DNA of 64,000 nucleotides from Escherichia coli (GTDB lineage Bacteria; Pseudomonadota; Gammaproteobacteria; Enterobacterales; Enterobacteriaceae): NCBI RefSeq assembly GCF_030013205.1, contig NZ_CP122648.1; one strand, 5' to 3'. Shown piece by piece: positions 53,682 to 64,000 of this stretch (position 1 is its first letter; each line of letters starts with the position of its first letter). The notes under the pieces were generated by a model. It saw only the letters and a program-made list of their open reading frames with translations, ran no database searches and was not told where the DNA came from. The position numbers and the translations under genes were made by a program.

Positions 53682-54359
53682 TTACACCAGTAATTCCGCA
53701 GCCAGCCGTGCAATCAATACGTTAGAGAGCAAGACAGGAACATCGAGCTGTTTTTGCAGTAAATCGCGATGACGCTGGTTAAATCCCAAACAATCCAGCA
53801 TGATGACATCAGCCCCTTTTGCCAGTAATTCTTTCCCGGCATCAATGATTTTTTGTTCCGAATCATGAATGGGGTTACCCAATGAAAATACTGGCGGTTT
53901 CTGCAAAATTTGCCATTTTTGCGCCTGAACGGTCAGCAACTCCTCAACCGGTACGATAACCCCCACCTGATGATCTTCAACAATAGAGGAAACCAGCGGT
54001 GGCAATATCCGCGACGGCTCAAGAAAGATCGTATTACGCGCGGTCATACTACTAATGTTTGCTGTACTCATTAATATAATGACGTCGTAACCCTGATTAT
54101 CGAGCACTTCAACCACACCTTGCAGGTCTCGTTCCACTTTACGACGCGAAACATGGGCCAGCTGGTTGTCATTTAATAATGTGAGAATGGTGTCTTCGCC
54201 TGCTTCTGGCGCGTACTCCGCCATCACTTCTTCGCGGCTTAACTTCCCCAGCAGGCTATGATGGGAAATATTATCTTCGTCAATGTATTCTGTCAGGAGT
54301 GGCAAAACTTCCTGCATAGGTACAATGCCGATGGTCAGGATCGCCAACGACGCACTCAT
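53682..54359 (-). CDS. aroM: Protein AroM
   Basis: 225-aa [44 protein letters not shown]...; synteny aroL-yaiA-aroM. Confidence 0.85.
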   Translation of the reverse strand: MSASLAILTIGIVPMQEVLPLLTEYIDEDNISHHSLLGKLSREEVMAEYAPEAGEDTILTLLNDNQLAHVSRRKVERDLQGVVEVLDNQGYDVIILMSTANISSMTARNTIFLEPSRILPPLVSSIVEDHQVGVIVPVEELLTVQAQKWQILQKPPVFSLGNPIHDSEQKIIDAGKELLAKGADVIMLDCLGFNQRHRDLLQKQLDVPVLLSNVLIARLAAELLV

Positions 54360-54616
54360 TGTTCTTCCACCTTACTTTTATTTCGTCGTTAATTACCGGG
54401 CAAGCGCTAAGCACCACTGCTGACACTTACCTGTGCTACAAATGACAAAAAGCGTAGCAGCAGACCTGCACGGCATAATGTAAAGATTCCAAATGATTCC
54501 AGTAATGGATTGTTATTGTTTAATATTCTAATTATTTGAAAAACATGAATTGTGAAAAATGTGACGCAGATCCCTTGTGGTGGTACTCAGAATCCCTTCC
54601 GAGCAGTCTGATGCGG

Positions 54617-54817
<201 letters not shown>

Positions 54818-54857
54818 TTATTTCACGGGATGAACGTTAAGTATAGGCGCTCGAAAA

Positions 54858-55382
54858 TCAACAATTGATCGTCTGTGCCAGGGCACTGCTAATTTCAGAA
54901 ATCACCTGGCTGGGTTCGTTTGTTGCGTCGATGATAATATGCGCAACTTCGCGATATAGCGCATCGCGTTCTTCCAGCACTTCCTGAACTTCTTCGCTCA
55001 GCGGTTTCCCCGTTAAGGTTGGCCGTAAATCTTCTTCCGGTGCAGCTTGCAGTCGGTTAACCAGGACTGATACTGGCGCACACAAATAAACCACGATCCC
55101 GTTATTTTGCATAAAGTGACGATTAAATTCCGTCAGAATAATGCCGCCGCCCGTGGCGATAACGGTGGATGGCGCAGTTACCGCTTCCAGCGCCGCCGTT
55201 TCTCTGGCGCGGAATCCCGCCCACTCTTCCCTTTCGACGATCTCCGCAACCGTCATCTTGAGCTGTGATTGCAACCACTGATCGGTATCAACAAACCGAC
55301 GGTTAAGCGAATCGGCAAGGGCCATTCCGACCGTTGTTTTACCACAGCCCCGAGGCCCGATCAGAAAAAGAGGTTGTGTCAT
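54858..55382 (-). CDS. aroL: Shikimate kinase II
   Basis: 174-aa [38 protein letters not shown]... (Walker [10 protein letters not shown]). Confidence 0.95.
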   Translation of the reverse strand: MTQPLFLIGPRGCGKTTVGMALADSLNRRFVDTDQWLQSQLKMTVAEIVEREEWAGFRARETAALEAVTAPSTVIATGGGIILTEFNRHFMQNNGIVVYLCAPVSVLVNRLQAAPEEDLRPTLTGKPLSEEVQEVLEERDALYREVAHIIIDATNEPSQVISEISSALAQTINC

Positions 55383-55564
55383 CGTGGGTTTTCCCCAATA
55401 GGTCGCAATGCGGCGAAAGCCGGTGTCATGAGAATAGCGATCATACCATCAAACTAGTACAATTTCGATTGTAAAGAAGAAATTCCACTTAAAGTGAAAA
55501 TTTTAATACATCCCTTACTATACCAATAAATTTTCAAGAATGAAGTGTAAATAATAAATTACAT

Positions 55565-56023
55565 TTAGCCATGACTACGTTGCACTTCCAGCCACCACTT
55601 CTCCAGCTCCGCGGCAAAGGCCTGGCGGTCACGTTGTGAAAGACTATCTGGTCCTCCGGTCTGGATCCCACTGGCGCGTAAGGTATCCATAAAATCGCGC
55701 ATCGTCAGACGCTCACGAATGGTCGCTGGAGTGTAACGTTCGCCGCGTGGATTAAGCGCCGCCGCGCCTTTCTCGATGGCTTCAGCAGCCAAAGGAATAT
55801 CTGCGGTGATCACCAAATCGCCCGCTTCACACTGCCGGACAATTTCGTTATCGGCAACGTCGAAACCTGCCGCGACGCGCAGCGTACGAATAAATCGCGA
55901 TGGCGGCACGCGTAAACTCTGGTTTGCTACCAGTACCAGCGGCAACTGCATACGTTCAGCCGCGCGATACAAAATCTCTTTAATTACATTGGGACACGCG
56001 TCGGCATCCACCCAAATTGTCAT
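55565..56023 (-). CDS. yaiI: UPF0178 protein YaiI
   Basis: Trimmed to [35 protein letters not shown]... (152 aa). Confidence 0.8.
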   Translation of the reverse strand: MTIWVDADACPNVIKEILYRAAERMQLPLVLVANQSLRVPPSRFIRTLRVAAGFDVADNEIVRQCEAGDLVITADIPLAAEAIEKGAAALNPRGERYTPATIRERLTMRDFMDTLRASGIQTGGPDSLSQRDRQAFAAELEKWWLEVQRSHG

Positions 56024-56142
56024 AAAGTCATCCTTTGTTGGGTAATCCTCTATTGTGTCGCGCTTTTGCCTTCCGGCATAGTTCTGTTTATGCTTCTGCC
56101 AGCGATTATCAAAACAATGAATTTCACGGCAGGAGTGAGGCA

Positions 56143-56952
56143 ATGGAAAAGAAAATCGGTTTTATTGGCTGCGGCAATATGGGAAAAGCCATTCTCGGCG
56201 GTCTGATTGCCAGCGGTCAGGTGCTTCCAGGGCAAATCTGGGTATATACCCCCTCCCCGGATAAAGTCGCCGCCCTGCATGACCAGTTCGGCATCAACGC
56301 CGCAGAATCGGCGCAAGAAGTGGCGCAAATCGCCGACATCATTTTTGCCGCCGTTAAACCTGGCATCATGATTAAAGTGCTTAGCGAAATCACCTCCAGC
56401 CTGAATAAAGACTCTCTGGTCGTTTCTATTGCTGCAGGTATCACACTCGACCAGCTTGCCCGCGCGCTGGGCCATGACCGGAAAATTATCCGCGCCATGC
56501 CGAACACTCCCGCGCTGGTTAATGCCGGGATGACCTCCGTAACGCCAAACGCGCTGGTAACCCCAGAAGATACCGCTGATGTGCTGAATATTTTCCGCTG
56601 CTTTGGCGAAGCGGAAGTAATTGCCGAGCCGATGATCCACCCGGTGGTCGGTGTGAGCGGTTCTTCGCCAGCCTACGTCTTTATGTTTATCGAAGCGATG
56701 GCCGACGCTGCCGTGCTGGGCGGGATGCCACGCGCCCAGGCGTATAAATTTGCCGCTCAGGCGGTAATGGGTTCCGCAAAAATGGTGCTGGAAACGGGAG
56801 AACATCCGGGGGCACTGAAAGATATGGTCTGCTCACCGGGAGGCACCACCATTGAGGCGGTACGCGTACTGGAAGAGAAAGGCTTCCGTGCCGCAGTGAT
56901 CGAAGCGATGACGAAGTGTATGGAAAAATCAGAAAAACTCAGTAAATCCTGA
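56143..56952 (+). CDS. proC: Pyrroline-5-carboxylate reductase
   Basis: Trimmed to [39 protein letters not shown]... (269 aa; Rossmann GCGNMG). Confidence 0.9.
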   Translation: MEKKIGFIGCGNMGKAILGGLIASGQVLPGQIWVYTPSPDKVAALHDQFGINAAESAQEVAQIADIIFAAVKPGIMIKVLSEITSSLNKDSLVVSIAAGITLDQLARALGHDRKIIRAMPNTPALVNAGMTSVTPNALVTPEDTADVLNIFRCFGEAEVIAEPMIHPVVGVSGSSPAYVFMFIEAMADAAVLGGMPRAQAYKFAAQAVMGSAKMVLETGEHPGALKDMVCSPGGTTIEAVRVLEEKGFRAAVIEAMTKCMEKSEKLSKS

Positions 56953-56968
56953 TGACTTTTGCCGGACG

Positions 56969-58084
56969 TCAGGCCGCCACTTCGGTGCGGTTACGTCCGG
57001 CTTTCTTTGCTTTGTAAAGCGCCAAATCTGCCGATTTCAACCACTCACGATAGTGACTCATTTGTGGGTTCAGCGGCGCAACCCCCACACTAATCCGTAA
57101 AGTTACCTGTGGCGTATTCGGCAGACGTAATGTATTTAGCCCTTCATGCACTCGTAACATGGCGGTAATGGCGCTCTCAGCTGGCGTACCGGACATGATT
57201 ACCGCAAACTCATCGCCGCCAAACCGACCAATCACATCGCTACCGCGCAGGGTTATTTGTAATTGTCGGGTAAGCGCCACAATCGCTTCATCGCCCACAT
57301 CATGGCCCCAGGTATCGTTGATGCTCTTGAAATGGTCGATATCGATAATCAGTAATGTCGCATCGCGGTTATGCCGCCGACAGTTATCAAATTCATTGCG
57401 TAACATAGTTTCCCAATGACGTCGGTTATACACGCCCGTCATACCGTCGCGGGTACTCATGACCTGCAACCTGCGTTTATGTTCCGCCAGTTTAGTCGCC
57501 GTCTGGTAGCTGACCCAGCCAAACAGCAGAGGATAAATGACGATAATGGGAAGGGAGAGCCACCATTCCAGCGGCGCACTATTGAACGACACGGTGATGC
57601 CCGTCAGTTCAAGGGTGACAAGACAGGAAACCACCATCAACACCAGACCCGCGACAAACAGACGGGGGCCGCCTGCCCCCATCAAATTCAGACACATAAT
57701 CATCAACATCGCGGTGGAAGGCAGCACGTTTACGCCCATTACGCCTACCCACATTCCCGCTAATACTGCATCGGTTTTTAAGTTGTAAATTTCCCGGCTA
57801 AGCGGATCGACGGCCCTGCTCGCTATCTGCCAGGCTAAATGCGGCCAGACGAACGCCCAGCCGACCAACACCAGCCACCACCAGCCCGGCGGCGGGTGCG
57901 AAACCAGCGTTGAAGCAATCGGTAAGAACATGCCAGCCAGGCCAACCGCGCGGGGTAGTCTGACGCGACGGGCGAAGCGCAGTCCGGATCGCTGATGTTC
58001 GTTTTGAGGAGTTAAAGGAGGTTCCTCCCCATGCGCCGCCGCTTTTTTGAAAAAGTTTTCATCATTCATTATTTTTGGGAACAT
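56969..58084 (-). CDS. dgcC: Diguanylate cyclase (GGDEF) DgcC
   Basis: 371-aa ORF with N-terminal membrane (MASE2-like) region and GGDEF motif (RFGGDEFAVI); formerly yaiC/adrA. Confidence 0.85.
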   Translation of the reverse strand: MFPKIMNDENFFKKAAAHGEEPPLTPQNEHQRSGLRFARRVRLPRAVGLAGMFLPIASTLVSHPPPGWWWLVLVGWAFVWPHLAWQIASRAVDPLSREIYNLKTDAVLAGMWVGVMGVNVLPSTAMLMIMCLNLMGAGGPRLFVAGLVLMVVSCLVTLELTGITVSFNSAPLEWWLSLPIIVIYPLLFGWVSYQTATKLAEHKRRLQVMSTRDGMTGVYNRRHWETMLRNEFDNCRRHNRDATLLIIDIDHFKSINDTWGHDVGDEAIVALTRQLQITLRGSDVIGRFGGDEFAVIMSGTPAESAITAMLRVHEGLNTLRLPNTPQVTLRISVGVAPLNPQMSHYREWLKSADLALYKAKKAGRNRTEVAA

Positions 58085-58185
58085 TCAGAAACAATTTTCC
58101 CAAATTATAGAGACGGGGCTAAAGGCAGAAGTATGAAATTTCGGGTGAGCCATTTTCGTAGCTCACCCGTTAGCACTATCAGGTA

Positions 58186-58506
58186 TCAGGCGGCTTTCTT
58201 GAGGCAGGCGCTCATAAACTTATTACGATCATCACCTTTCAGAGATTGTTGCGTTGCTTGATTATTACATTCGCGCATCTTTTGCTGCTGTGGCGTCAAA
58301 CTTTTTTCACCAGGCGCAGACTTGCTGTTCTTCAGGCAATCACTCATGTAGGTCTTACGAGCATCCCCTTTCAACGCCTGCGCCGTCGCCTGCTGATTAC
58401 AGGAGGTCATACGCTGTTGTTGCGGGGTTAAGGTTCTCTCGGCAGCGCCGACGGTGGTTAAAAAAACCAGACCGAAAAGCAAGGTAACCAGTAATGTTAT
58501 TTTCAT
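58186..58506 (-). CDS. psiF: Phosphate starvation-inducible protein PsiF
   Basis: Trimmed to MKITLLVTLLFGLVFLTTVGAAERTLTPQQQRMTSCNQQA... (106 aa), two repeated Cys-containing half-domains. Confidence 0.8.
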   Translation of the reverse strand: MKITLLVTLLFGLVFLTTVGAAERTLTPQQQRMTSCNQQATAQALKGDARKTYMSDCLKNSKSAPGEKSLTPQQQKMRECNNQATQQSLKGDDRNKFMSACLKKAA

Positions 58507-58581
58507 AGCACCATCCCTCTTCATGTTTTAACCATGAGCGTGTGCGCCCGTGATCTGCCATTAAGTCTGGTTGCTAACAGC

Positions 58582-58624
58582 AAAAAAACCACCCGGCAGC
58601 GAAAATTCACTGCCGGGCACGGTT
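58582..58624 (-). terminator. Intrinsic terminator/attenuator immediately after phoA
   Basis: Minus strand reads CCCGGCAGtgaattttcgCTGCCGGGtggttttttt directly after the phoA stop. Confidence 0.65.
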
Positions 58625-60040
58625 TTATTTCAGCCCCAGGGCGGCTTTCATGGTGTAGAAGAGATCGGTCTGGTCGGTCAGTCCAACGACATTGGCGGCA
58701 TGTGGGCCATACGCTGCAATACGCAACTGACTGCCGGTATGTTCTTGTGAATCCTCTTCGGAGTTCCCGTAACTCATCACCATCACTGCGCCATCTTTGG
58801 TATTTAGTGCCTGGGTGAGGCCCGGCGCTTTGGTGTCCGGCGCGACAATCTGGCTGGCGTGGGCGTGATCAGCGGTGACTATGACCAGCGTGTTGCCATC
58901 CTTTTTAGCGAATTCCAGCGCACGTTGTACGGCTTCATCGAGATCGACCGTCTCGCCAATTTGCCCACAAGGATTCGCAGCGTGATCCTGTTTATCGATG
59001 GATGCACCTTCAACTTGCAGGAAAAAGCCTTTCTCATTTTTACTCAACAATTCAATGGCTTTGTCGGTCATCTGCGCCAGGGTCGGTACGCTGTCATTAC
59101 GTTGCGGATTAGGCGTACAGGTAACTGCGGGCTTGTCGATATTGCCGTGGTACGTTGCTTTCGGTCCTTGCCAGCGCACTGGCATATTGCCGTCAGCAAA
59201 CAGTCCTAGCAGGGGTTTTTGCTGGTTCGCTTCCGTCACCGCATTCAGTGAGGCAGCATCGCTCACCAACTGATAACCACGCGCCTGTGCCTGTTCACGC
59301 AGCGTTTTTCCCTGCCATTCACCGGCGGTTACCGTTTCAGCAAAGGTTTTTGCGCCGCCGCCAAGCGTAACATCGGCACGAGCGTTAAGCAGTTGTTCGG
59401 TAATCGATCCTCTCCCGCCTTTTTCTAGCGCGTTACCCGGACATTTTTCACTGGTCGCGCTGGGACCGTAGCATTTGCGCGAGGTCACATGCGCCACCAG
59501 CGCAGCGGGCGTGGCATCCTGCAACTCTGCGGTAGAAACGTTACCGGTCGCCAGACCTGCGGCTTTTGCCATTTCCAGAATCGTTGGGTGATCTTTTTCG
59601 TGAATATCGACGCCCAGCGCGCCGTTATAGGTTTTGACACCAGTTGACCAGGCGGTTGCTGATGCAGCCGAGTCGGTGACGTAGTCCGGTTTACCGGTTT
59701 TTTTATTCAGCGCATAGTGAGTGTATTGCCCGGTAAGCGGTAATGCATCGATACCTTTAAAAAAGCCGCCCGCACCTTCGGCATAATTGCGTGCAGCAGT
59801 AATTTCCGAGTCCCCCATCCCATCGCCAATCAGCAAAATAATATTTTTGGCGGGTTTATCGCTAAGAGAATCACGCAGAGCGGCGGTCTGATCACCCGTT
59901 AAGCGGCGAGCACCGCCGGGTGCAGTAATATCTCCCTGAGCAGCCCGGTTTTCCAGAACAGGCATTTCTGGTGTCCGGGCTTTTGTCACAGGGGTAAACA
60001 GTAACGGTAAGAGTGCCAGTGCAATAGTGCTTTGTTTCAC
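58625..60040 (-). CDS. phoA: Alkaline phosphatase
   Basis: Trimmed to the GTG start giving (M)[20 protein letters not shown] signal peptide (471 aa); active-site region [12 protein letters not shown]; the ORF-track frame is extended 14 codons upstream. Confidence 0.9.
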   Translation of the reverse strand: MKQSTIALALLPLLFTPVTKARTPEMPVLENRAAQGDITAPGGARRLTGDQTAALRDSLSDKPAKNIILLIGDGMGDSEITAARNYAEGAGGFFKGIDALPLTGQYTHYALNKKTGKPDYVTDSAASATAWSTGVKTYNGALGVDIHEKDHPTILEMAKAAGLATGNVSTAELQDATPAALVAHVTSRKCYGPSATSEKCPGNALEKGGRGSITEQLLNARADVTLGGGAKTFAETVTAGEWQGKTLREQAQARGYQLVSDAASLNAVTEANQQKPLLGLFADGNMPVRWQGPKATYHGNIDKPAVTCTPNPQRNDSVPTLAQMTDKAIELLSKNEKGFFLQVEGASIDKQDHAANPCGQIGETVDLDEAVQRALEFAKKDGNTLVIVTADHAHASQIVAPDTKAPGLTQALNTKDGAVMVMSYGNSEEDSQEHTGSQLRIAAYGPHAANVVGLTDQTDLFYTMKAALGLK

Positions 60041-60102
60041 TTTATTTTCTCCATGTACAAATACATTAAAAAATAAAAACAAAGCGACTATAAGTCTGGG
60101 CC

Positions 60103-60120
60103 GTGACAGCTTTATGACAG
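60103..60120 (-). promoter_or_regulatory. Pho box in phoA promoter
   Basis: Minus strand reads CTGTCATAAAGCTGTCAC ~60 bp upstream of the phoA GTG, matching the Pho box direct-repeat consensus. Confidence 0.65.
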
Positions 60121-60140
60121 CTGTTGAAAAGATTAACTTT

Positions 60141-60401
60141 TTACTGACGAGGATGCTTCAATAACTTCTTTACATAATTGCGCAGCAGCTCCGTATCGTC
60201 GTCAGGAATGCTGGCATCGGGCTTTACCTCGTACAGCGCCCCCTCTACCTGATCAATCAACCTTTGTTGGTCATTTTGCGCCATATTGCGAAGCATTGCA
60301 GTGACGATAATCTCCAAAGCTTCTACCTGCGCGCACAGTTCTTTCGACTCTTCTTCTTTTTGGGCAAGCTTAAATAACAACTCAGCAATGAGATTTTTCA
60401 T
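60141..60401 (-). CDS. iraP: Anti-adapter protein IraP
   Basis: 86-aa [51 protein letters not shown]...; formerly yaiB. Confidence 0.85.
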   Translation of the reverse strand: MKNLIAELLFKLAQKEEESKELCAQVEALEIIVTAMLRNMAQNDQQRLIDQVEGALYEVKPDASIPDDDTELLRNYVKKLLKHPRQ

Positions 60402-60863
60402 GTCTGTATTTCCTTATCCAAAGTATGGAGAAGTTAACATTATGTTTCACAACTTCATAGTGTCTGGAAGTATTATTTTTATGACAAAGGAAATACTTTG
60501 CGCAAATATTTTTTGTTTGATTACCAGCGAAACGTTTCTCTTATTTTAATAATTACCCACACAAAATATAGGCTTTTAATTATCAACCTTTATTATAAAT
60601 AAAAGTTATGAAATATATTCTCTTCGTTAACTTATAATTAAGAGAAAAAAACTCACTGCATGGCCATACAAGCCAGGAATAAATTAGCTTCCCGTTCATC
60701 ATTTTTGTGATCTTGCGCACATCATTGAGATAACGCACTTTCTTCACCAGTACGTTGCACGCTTTGTCAGCAGAAGATTGCAACATTCTGTCAGAAGGCC
60801 GCGAATCCCCCGTTTTGTCGTGGTAATGTATGCACTTTGTGTTAGACGGGATAGGTTTTTAAG

Positions 60864-61958
60864 ATGGAAAAACTGCGGGTAGGAATCGTTTTTGGTGGTA
60901 AATCAGCGGAACATGAAGTGTCTCTGCAATCGGCAAAAAACATTGTCGATGCCATTGATAAAAGTCGCTTCGACGTTGTGCTGCTGGGCATTGATAAACA
61001 AGGGCAATGGCACGTCAGCGATGCCAGCAATTATCTGCTAAATGCAGACGATCCTGCCCATATTGCGTTGCGCCCTTCGGCGACCAGCCTTGCGCAGGTG
61101 CCTGGTAAACATGAACATCAGCTTATCGACGCGCAAAACGGTCAGCCGTTGCCGACGGTGGATGTCATTTTCCCGATTGTCCACGGTACGCTGGGCGAAG
61201 ATGGTTCCTTGCAGGGAATGCTGCGGGTCGCCAATTTACCGTTTGTAGGTTCTGATGTTCTGGCTTCAGCGGCCTGTATGGATAAAGATGTCACCAAACG
61301 TCTGCTGCGCGATGCCGGGCTGAACATTGCGCCATTTATTACCCTGACGCGCGCTAATCGTCACAACATCAGTTTTGCCGAAGTGGAGTCTAAACTGGGG
61401 TTACCGCTGTTTGTAAAACCGGCTAATCAGGGCTCTTCTGTTGGTGTCAGCAAAGTAACCAGTGAAGAACAGTACGCAATTGCCGTCGATCTGGCGTTCG
61501 AGTTCGACCATAAAGTGATCGTTGAGCAAAGGATCAAAGGTCGTGAGATCGAATGCGCAGTTCTGGGCAACGACAATCCGCAAGCCAGCACCTGTGGCGA
61601 GATCGTACTCACCAGCGATTTTTATGCCTACGACACCAAGTACATTGACGAAGATGGCACGAAAGTGGTAGTTCCGGCAGCCATTGCGCCAGAAATCAAC
61701 GATAAGATCCGGGCGATTGCCGTTCAGGCTTATCAGACGTTGGGATGCGCAGGCATGGCGCGTGTAGACGTGTTTTTAACCCCAGAGAACGAAGTGGTGA
61801 TCAACGAGATCAACACACTGCCTGGCTTCACCAACATCAGTATGTATCCGAAGCTGTGGCAAGCCAGCGGTCTGGGTTACACCGACCTGATCACCCGTTT
61901 GATTGAGCTGGCGCTGGAGCGTCACGCTGCGGATAACGCATTGAAAACCACAATGTAA
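60864..61958 (+). CDS. ddlA: D-alanine--D-alanine ligase A
   Basis: 364-aa [53 protein letters not shown]... (ATP-grasp). Confidence 0.95.
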   Translation: MEKLRVGIVFGGKSAEHEVSLQSAKNIVDAIDKSRFDVVLLGIDKQGQWHVSDASNYLLNADDPAHIALRPSATSLAQVPGKHEHQLIDAQNGQPLPTVDVIFPIVHGTLGEDGSLQGMLRVANLPFVGSDVLASAACMDKDVTKRLLRDAGLNIAPFITLTRANRHNISFAEVESKLGLPLFVKPANQGSSVGVSKVTSEEQYAIAVDLAFEFDHKVIVEQRIKGREIECAVLGNDNPQASTCGEIVLTSDFYAYDTKYIDEDGTKVVVPAAIAPEINDKIRAIAVQAYQTLGCAGMARVDVFLTPENEVVINEINTLPGFTNISMYPKLWQASGLGYTDLITRLIELALERHAADNALKTTM

Positions 61959-62013
61959 TTTTTAAATGCCTGATAACTTTTATTGGGCATTTAAGACTGA
62001 TGGCAAACGTAAG

Positions 62014-62114
62014 ATTGCCTGATGCGCTTTGCTTATCAGGCCTACCAGATAATTGCAATATACTGATTTTGCATGATTTTGTAGGCAGGGTAAGGCGTTC
62101 GCGCCGCATCCGGC
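62014..62114. repeat. REP palindromic units downstream of ddlA
   Basis: GCCTGATGCGCTttgCTTATCAGGCCTACc and tTGTAGGCagggtaagGCGttcGCGCCGCATCCGGC in inverted orientation. Confidence 0.5.
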
Positions 62115-62160
62115 AAAAACAACGAGCACTTTGTCAGCCCCCAGAACGCCCAATCCTCTG

Positions 62161-62373
62161 TTATTGGGCGTTTTCAGTTTCTTCATCGCGACGACGAATA
62201 ATCAGCCCCGCCAGCCAGAAACTAATCACCCACGTCACCAGACCGACGGCATAGGTCTGCCAACCTTTTGCTTCAAATCCCAGTAACCCCACCACGCCAT
62301 TAAGAATGAATATAAGGCCAATGGCGAACGCATAGTAGTGCCAGTCACGGCGGATTTTTACAGGCAAGTTCAT
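62161..62373 (-). CDS. yaiZ: Small inner-membrane protein YaiZ
   Basis: Trimmed to MNLPVKIRRDWHYYAFAIGLIFILNGVVGLLGFEAKGWQTYAVGLVTWVISFWLAGLIIRRRDEETENAQ (70 aa, two TM helices). Confidence 0.6.
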   Translation of the reverse strand: MNLPVKIRRDWHYYAFAIGLIFILNGVVGLLGFEAKGWQTYAVGLVTWVISFWLAGLIIRRRDEETENAQ

Positions 62374-62632
62374 GGCAGCTCCGTTAACGAAAAACAACAT
62401 CCTTGCATATTCTGCAACATCCGTCTGTGGCGTAGACAACATTTCCGTAATTGTTAATAAATTTAACTTAAGGTTGTCATTTTGTGACTTATGACGAAGA
62501 TTCACGCTTCGGGAATATTCCCAACATCAATTTACCATGATTCTGATATTGACAATCTTAATGACCTGTCAGACTTGCCATAAGCCGCTGGTATCACACC
62601 AGAAGAGAAGCAGATGACTTCCGGAGGTTTTT

Positions 62633-62941
62633 ATGGCTGATTTCACCCTGTCAAAATCGCTGTTTAGCGGAAAATATCGCAATGCCTCTTCAACGCCTGG
62701 CAATATTGCCTATGCGTTGTTTGTGCTGTTTTGCTTTTGGGCTGGGGCGCAATTGCTGAACCTGCTAGTGCATGCGCCCGGCGTCTATGAGCGTTTAATG
62801 CAGGTCCAGGAAACAGGTCGCCCACGGGTGGAAATTGGTTTAGGTGTCGGCACCATTTTCGGGCTGATCCCGTTTTTAGTTGGCTGCCTCATTTTTGCAG
62901 TAGTGGCGCTATGGCTGCACTGGCGACATCGCCGCCAGTAA
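62633..62941 (+). CDS. yaiY: Inner-membrane protein YaiY (DUF2755)
   Basis: 102-aa [53 protein letters not shown]... Confidence 0.75.
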
Positions 62942-62998
62942 GATTTGCTTGCCAGATAGGACCTAAAACGCTTTATCTGGCATGACATTCCTGTTTGA

Positions 62999-64000
62999 TC
63001 ACTGTTTCATACAACGCGCCCGCCGTTCGTCTACGCGCTTCGCAAACCAGGCCGTAGTCAGGTTGCGGGTGATTTTCGGGCTTTCCAGTTGAATGCCAGG
63101 CAACATTTCGCGGGGTAGTGATTTACCCGTTTTCGCTTCGGCAAGTTGATAAACTTTCTTGTACAGCGCCGTCTCCTCAAAAGAGAAGCTGTCGCCTTTC
63201 TCTAACTGGCGGCGAATTTCACTGTCACTCATCCCCAGTTTTCCCGCCAGTTTGCGCGTTGCCAGTTCGGTTTTCCCGGGCTCTTTACTGTCGTAACGAA
63301 TTAAATCACCGTCCAGTGCCAGCTTCACGCCGCTGGCTTTACTGACCGCGTTCTGAAACGCGGCATTACGGCTGGCGTACCAGCCAGCGTTAAAATCAGC
63401 AAAACGGTATATCGGCGCGCTATAGCTGGCGGGATAATTCAGTAAATGGTAAGTACCAAACCACAACCCGCCGCGACGACTGAAGACTTCCTGACGGACT
63501 GTACCGTCCATTTTCCACGGATACCCTTTGGTATGCTGTTCGGCAAAGGCAATGCTGACCTGCATCGGCCCACCGGTGCGCACCGGATTAAGCGAACCAA
63601 ACAACGTCTGCCCCATTGGCACCATGCTGATCAGATCGTCAAAAATCGCGCTCAATTGCTTTTCTGTACGCACCGAATCTAACCGTTCGCTATAGCTTTT
63701 GCCGTTTGGCGATTTGATTTTTAGCGCGGTATGCACCAGAAAAGCAGGAATGTGCATCCGTTCAGCACGACGGTCAATCTCTTGCCAGGCGATCTTGCTT
63801 AAGCCCGGAACGGCCGGATCTGCCTGATAATTTGACTCCTGCTGCGCCACCGCCAGCACCGAGCAGACGTTTTCCAGCGTCGGTGCCAGCCCCTGACTTT
63901 CAAACGTGGTGGCGAGATCTTTCGCCCAGGCATCGCGGTCTTTCACGCTCGCAGGCATCTTCTGCCGCACGACGCTCGCCACATCTATCGCTTTTTCGCC
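62999..64000 (-). CDS. yaiW: Outer-membrane lipoprotein YaiW, C-terminal part; N-terminus lies beyond the window end
   Basis: Open frame from the window edge to the stop at 62999; visible portion ...MASVVRQKMPASVKDRDAWAKDLATTFESQGLAPTLENVCSVLAVAQQESNYQADP...; synteny yaiY-yaiW. Confidence 0.8.
   Translation of the reverse strand, partial: GEKAIDVASVVRQKMPASVKDRDAWAKDLATTFESQGLAPTLENVCSVLAVAQQESNYQADPAVPGLSKIAWQEIDRRAERMHIPAFLVHTALKIKSPNGKSYSERLDSVRTEKQLSAIFDDLISMVPMGQTLFGSLNPVRTGGPMQVSIAFAEQHTKGYPWKMDGTVRQEVFSRRGGLWFGTYHLLNYPASYSAPIYRFADFNAGWYASRNAAFQNAVSKASGVKLALDGDLIRYDSKEPGKTELATRKLAGKLGMSDSEIRRQLEKGDSFSFEETALYKKVYQLAEAKTGKSLPREMLPGIQLESPKITRNLTTAWFAKRVDERRARCMKQ

Noticed and set aside
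56961-57000. Hairpin ccggacgtcaggccgccacttcggtgcggttacgtccgg after proC as a stand-alone terminator
   Set aside because: It lies inside the 3' coding end of dgcC on the opposite strand; it may still act as a proC terminator, but it cannot be called an independent intergenic element.

Overview
This window reads as an Escherichia coli-type chromosomal backbone, collinear with the K-12 region yaiW to clpX but in reverse orientation, carrying three accessory insertions that K-12 lacks at these sites. The core runs clpX(partial)-clpP-tig-bolA / yajG-ampG-cyoABCDE-yajR / yajQ / panE-yajL / thiI / xseB-ispA-dxs-yajO / pgpA-thiL-nusB-ribH-ribD-nrdR / yajI-tsx / yajD / secF-secD-yajC-tgt-queA / acpH / malZ / proY / brnQ / phoR-phoB / sbcD-sbcC-araJ / mak / rdgC / ppnP-aroM-yaiA-aroL-yaiI / proC / dgcC / psiF-phoA / iraP / ddlA / yaiZ / yaiY / yaiW(partial). 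Gene identities come from reading the translated ORFs against protein sequences and motifs I recognise, plus synteny; no database search was run. The three insertions are: (1) an AT-rich 523-aa pentapeptide-repeat ORF between yajO and pgpA, resembling the EspX family of type III effectors; (2) an AT-rich 485-aa orphan ORF between acpH and malZ, which I cannot place in any family and rate as the most interesting object here; (3) an IS200-family insertion sequence between brnQ and proY. I also see two ERIC repeats sharing the same internal insertion, several REP clusters, Pho boxes at phoA and phoB, and a few intrinsic terminators. I found no rRNA, tRNA or CRISPR array. Many entries in the six-frame track are antisense shadow ORFs or N-terminal over-extensions; I trimmed starts to the recognised N-termini.
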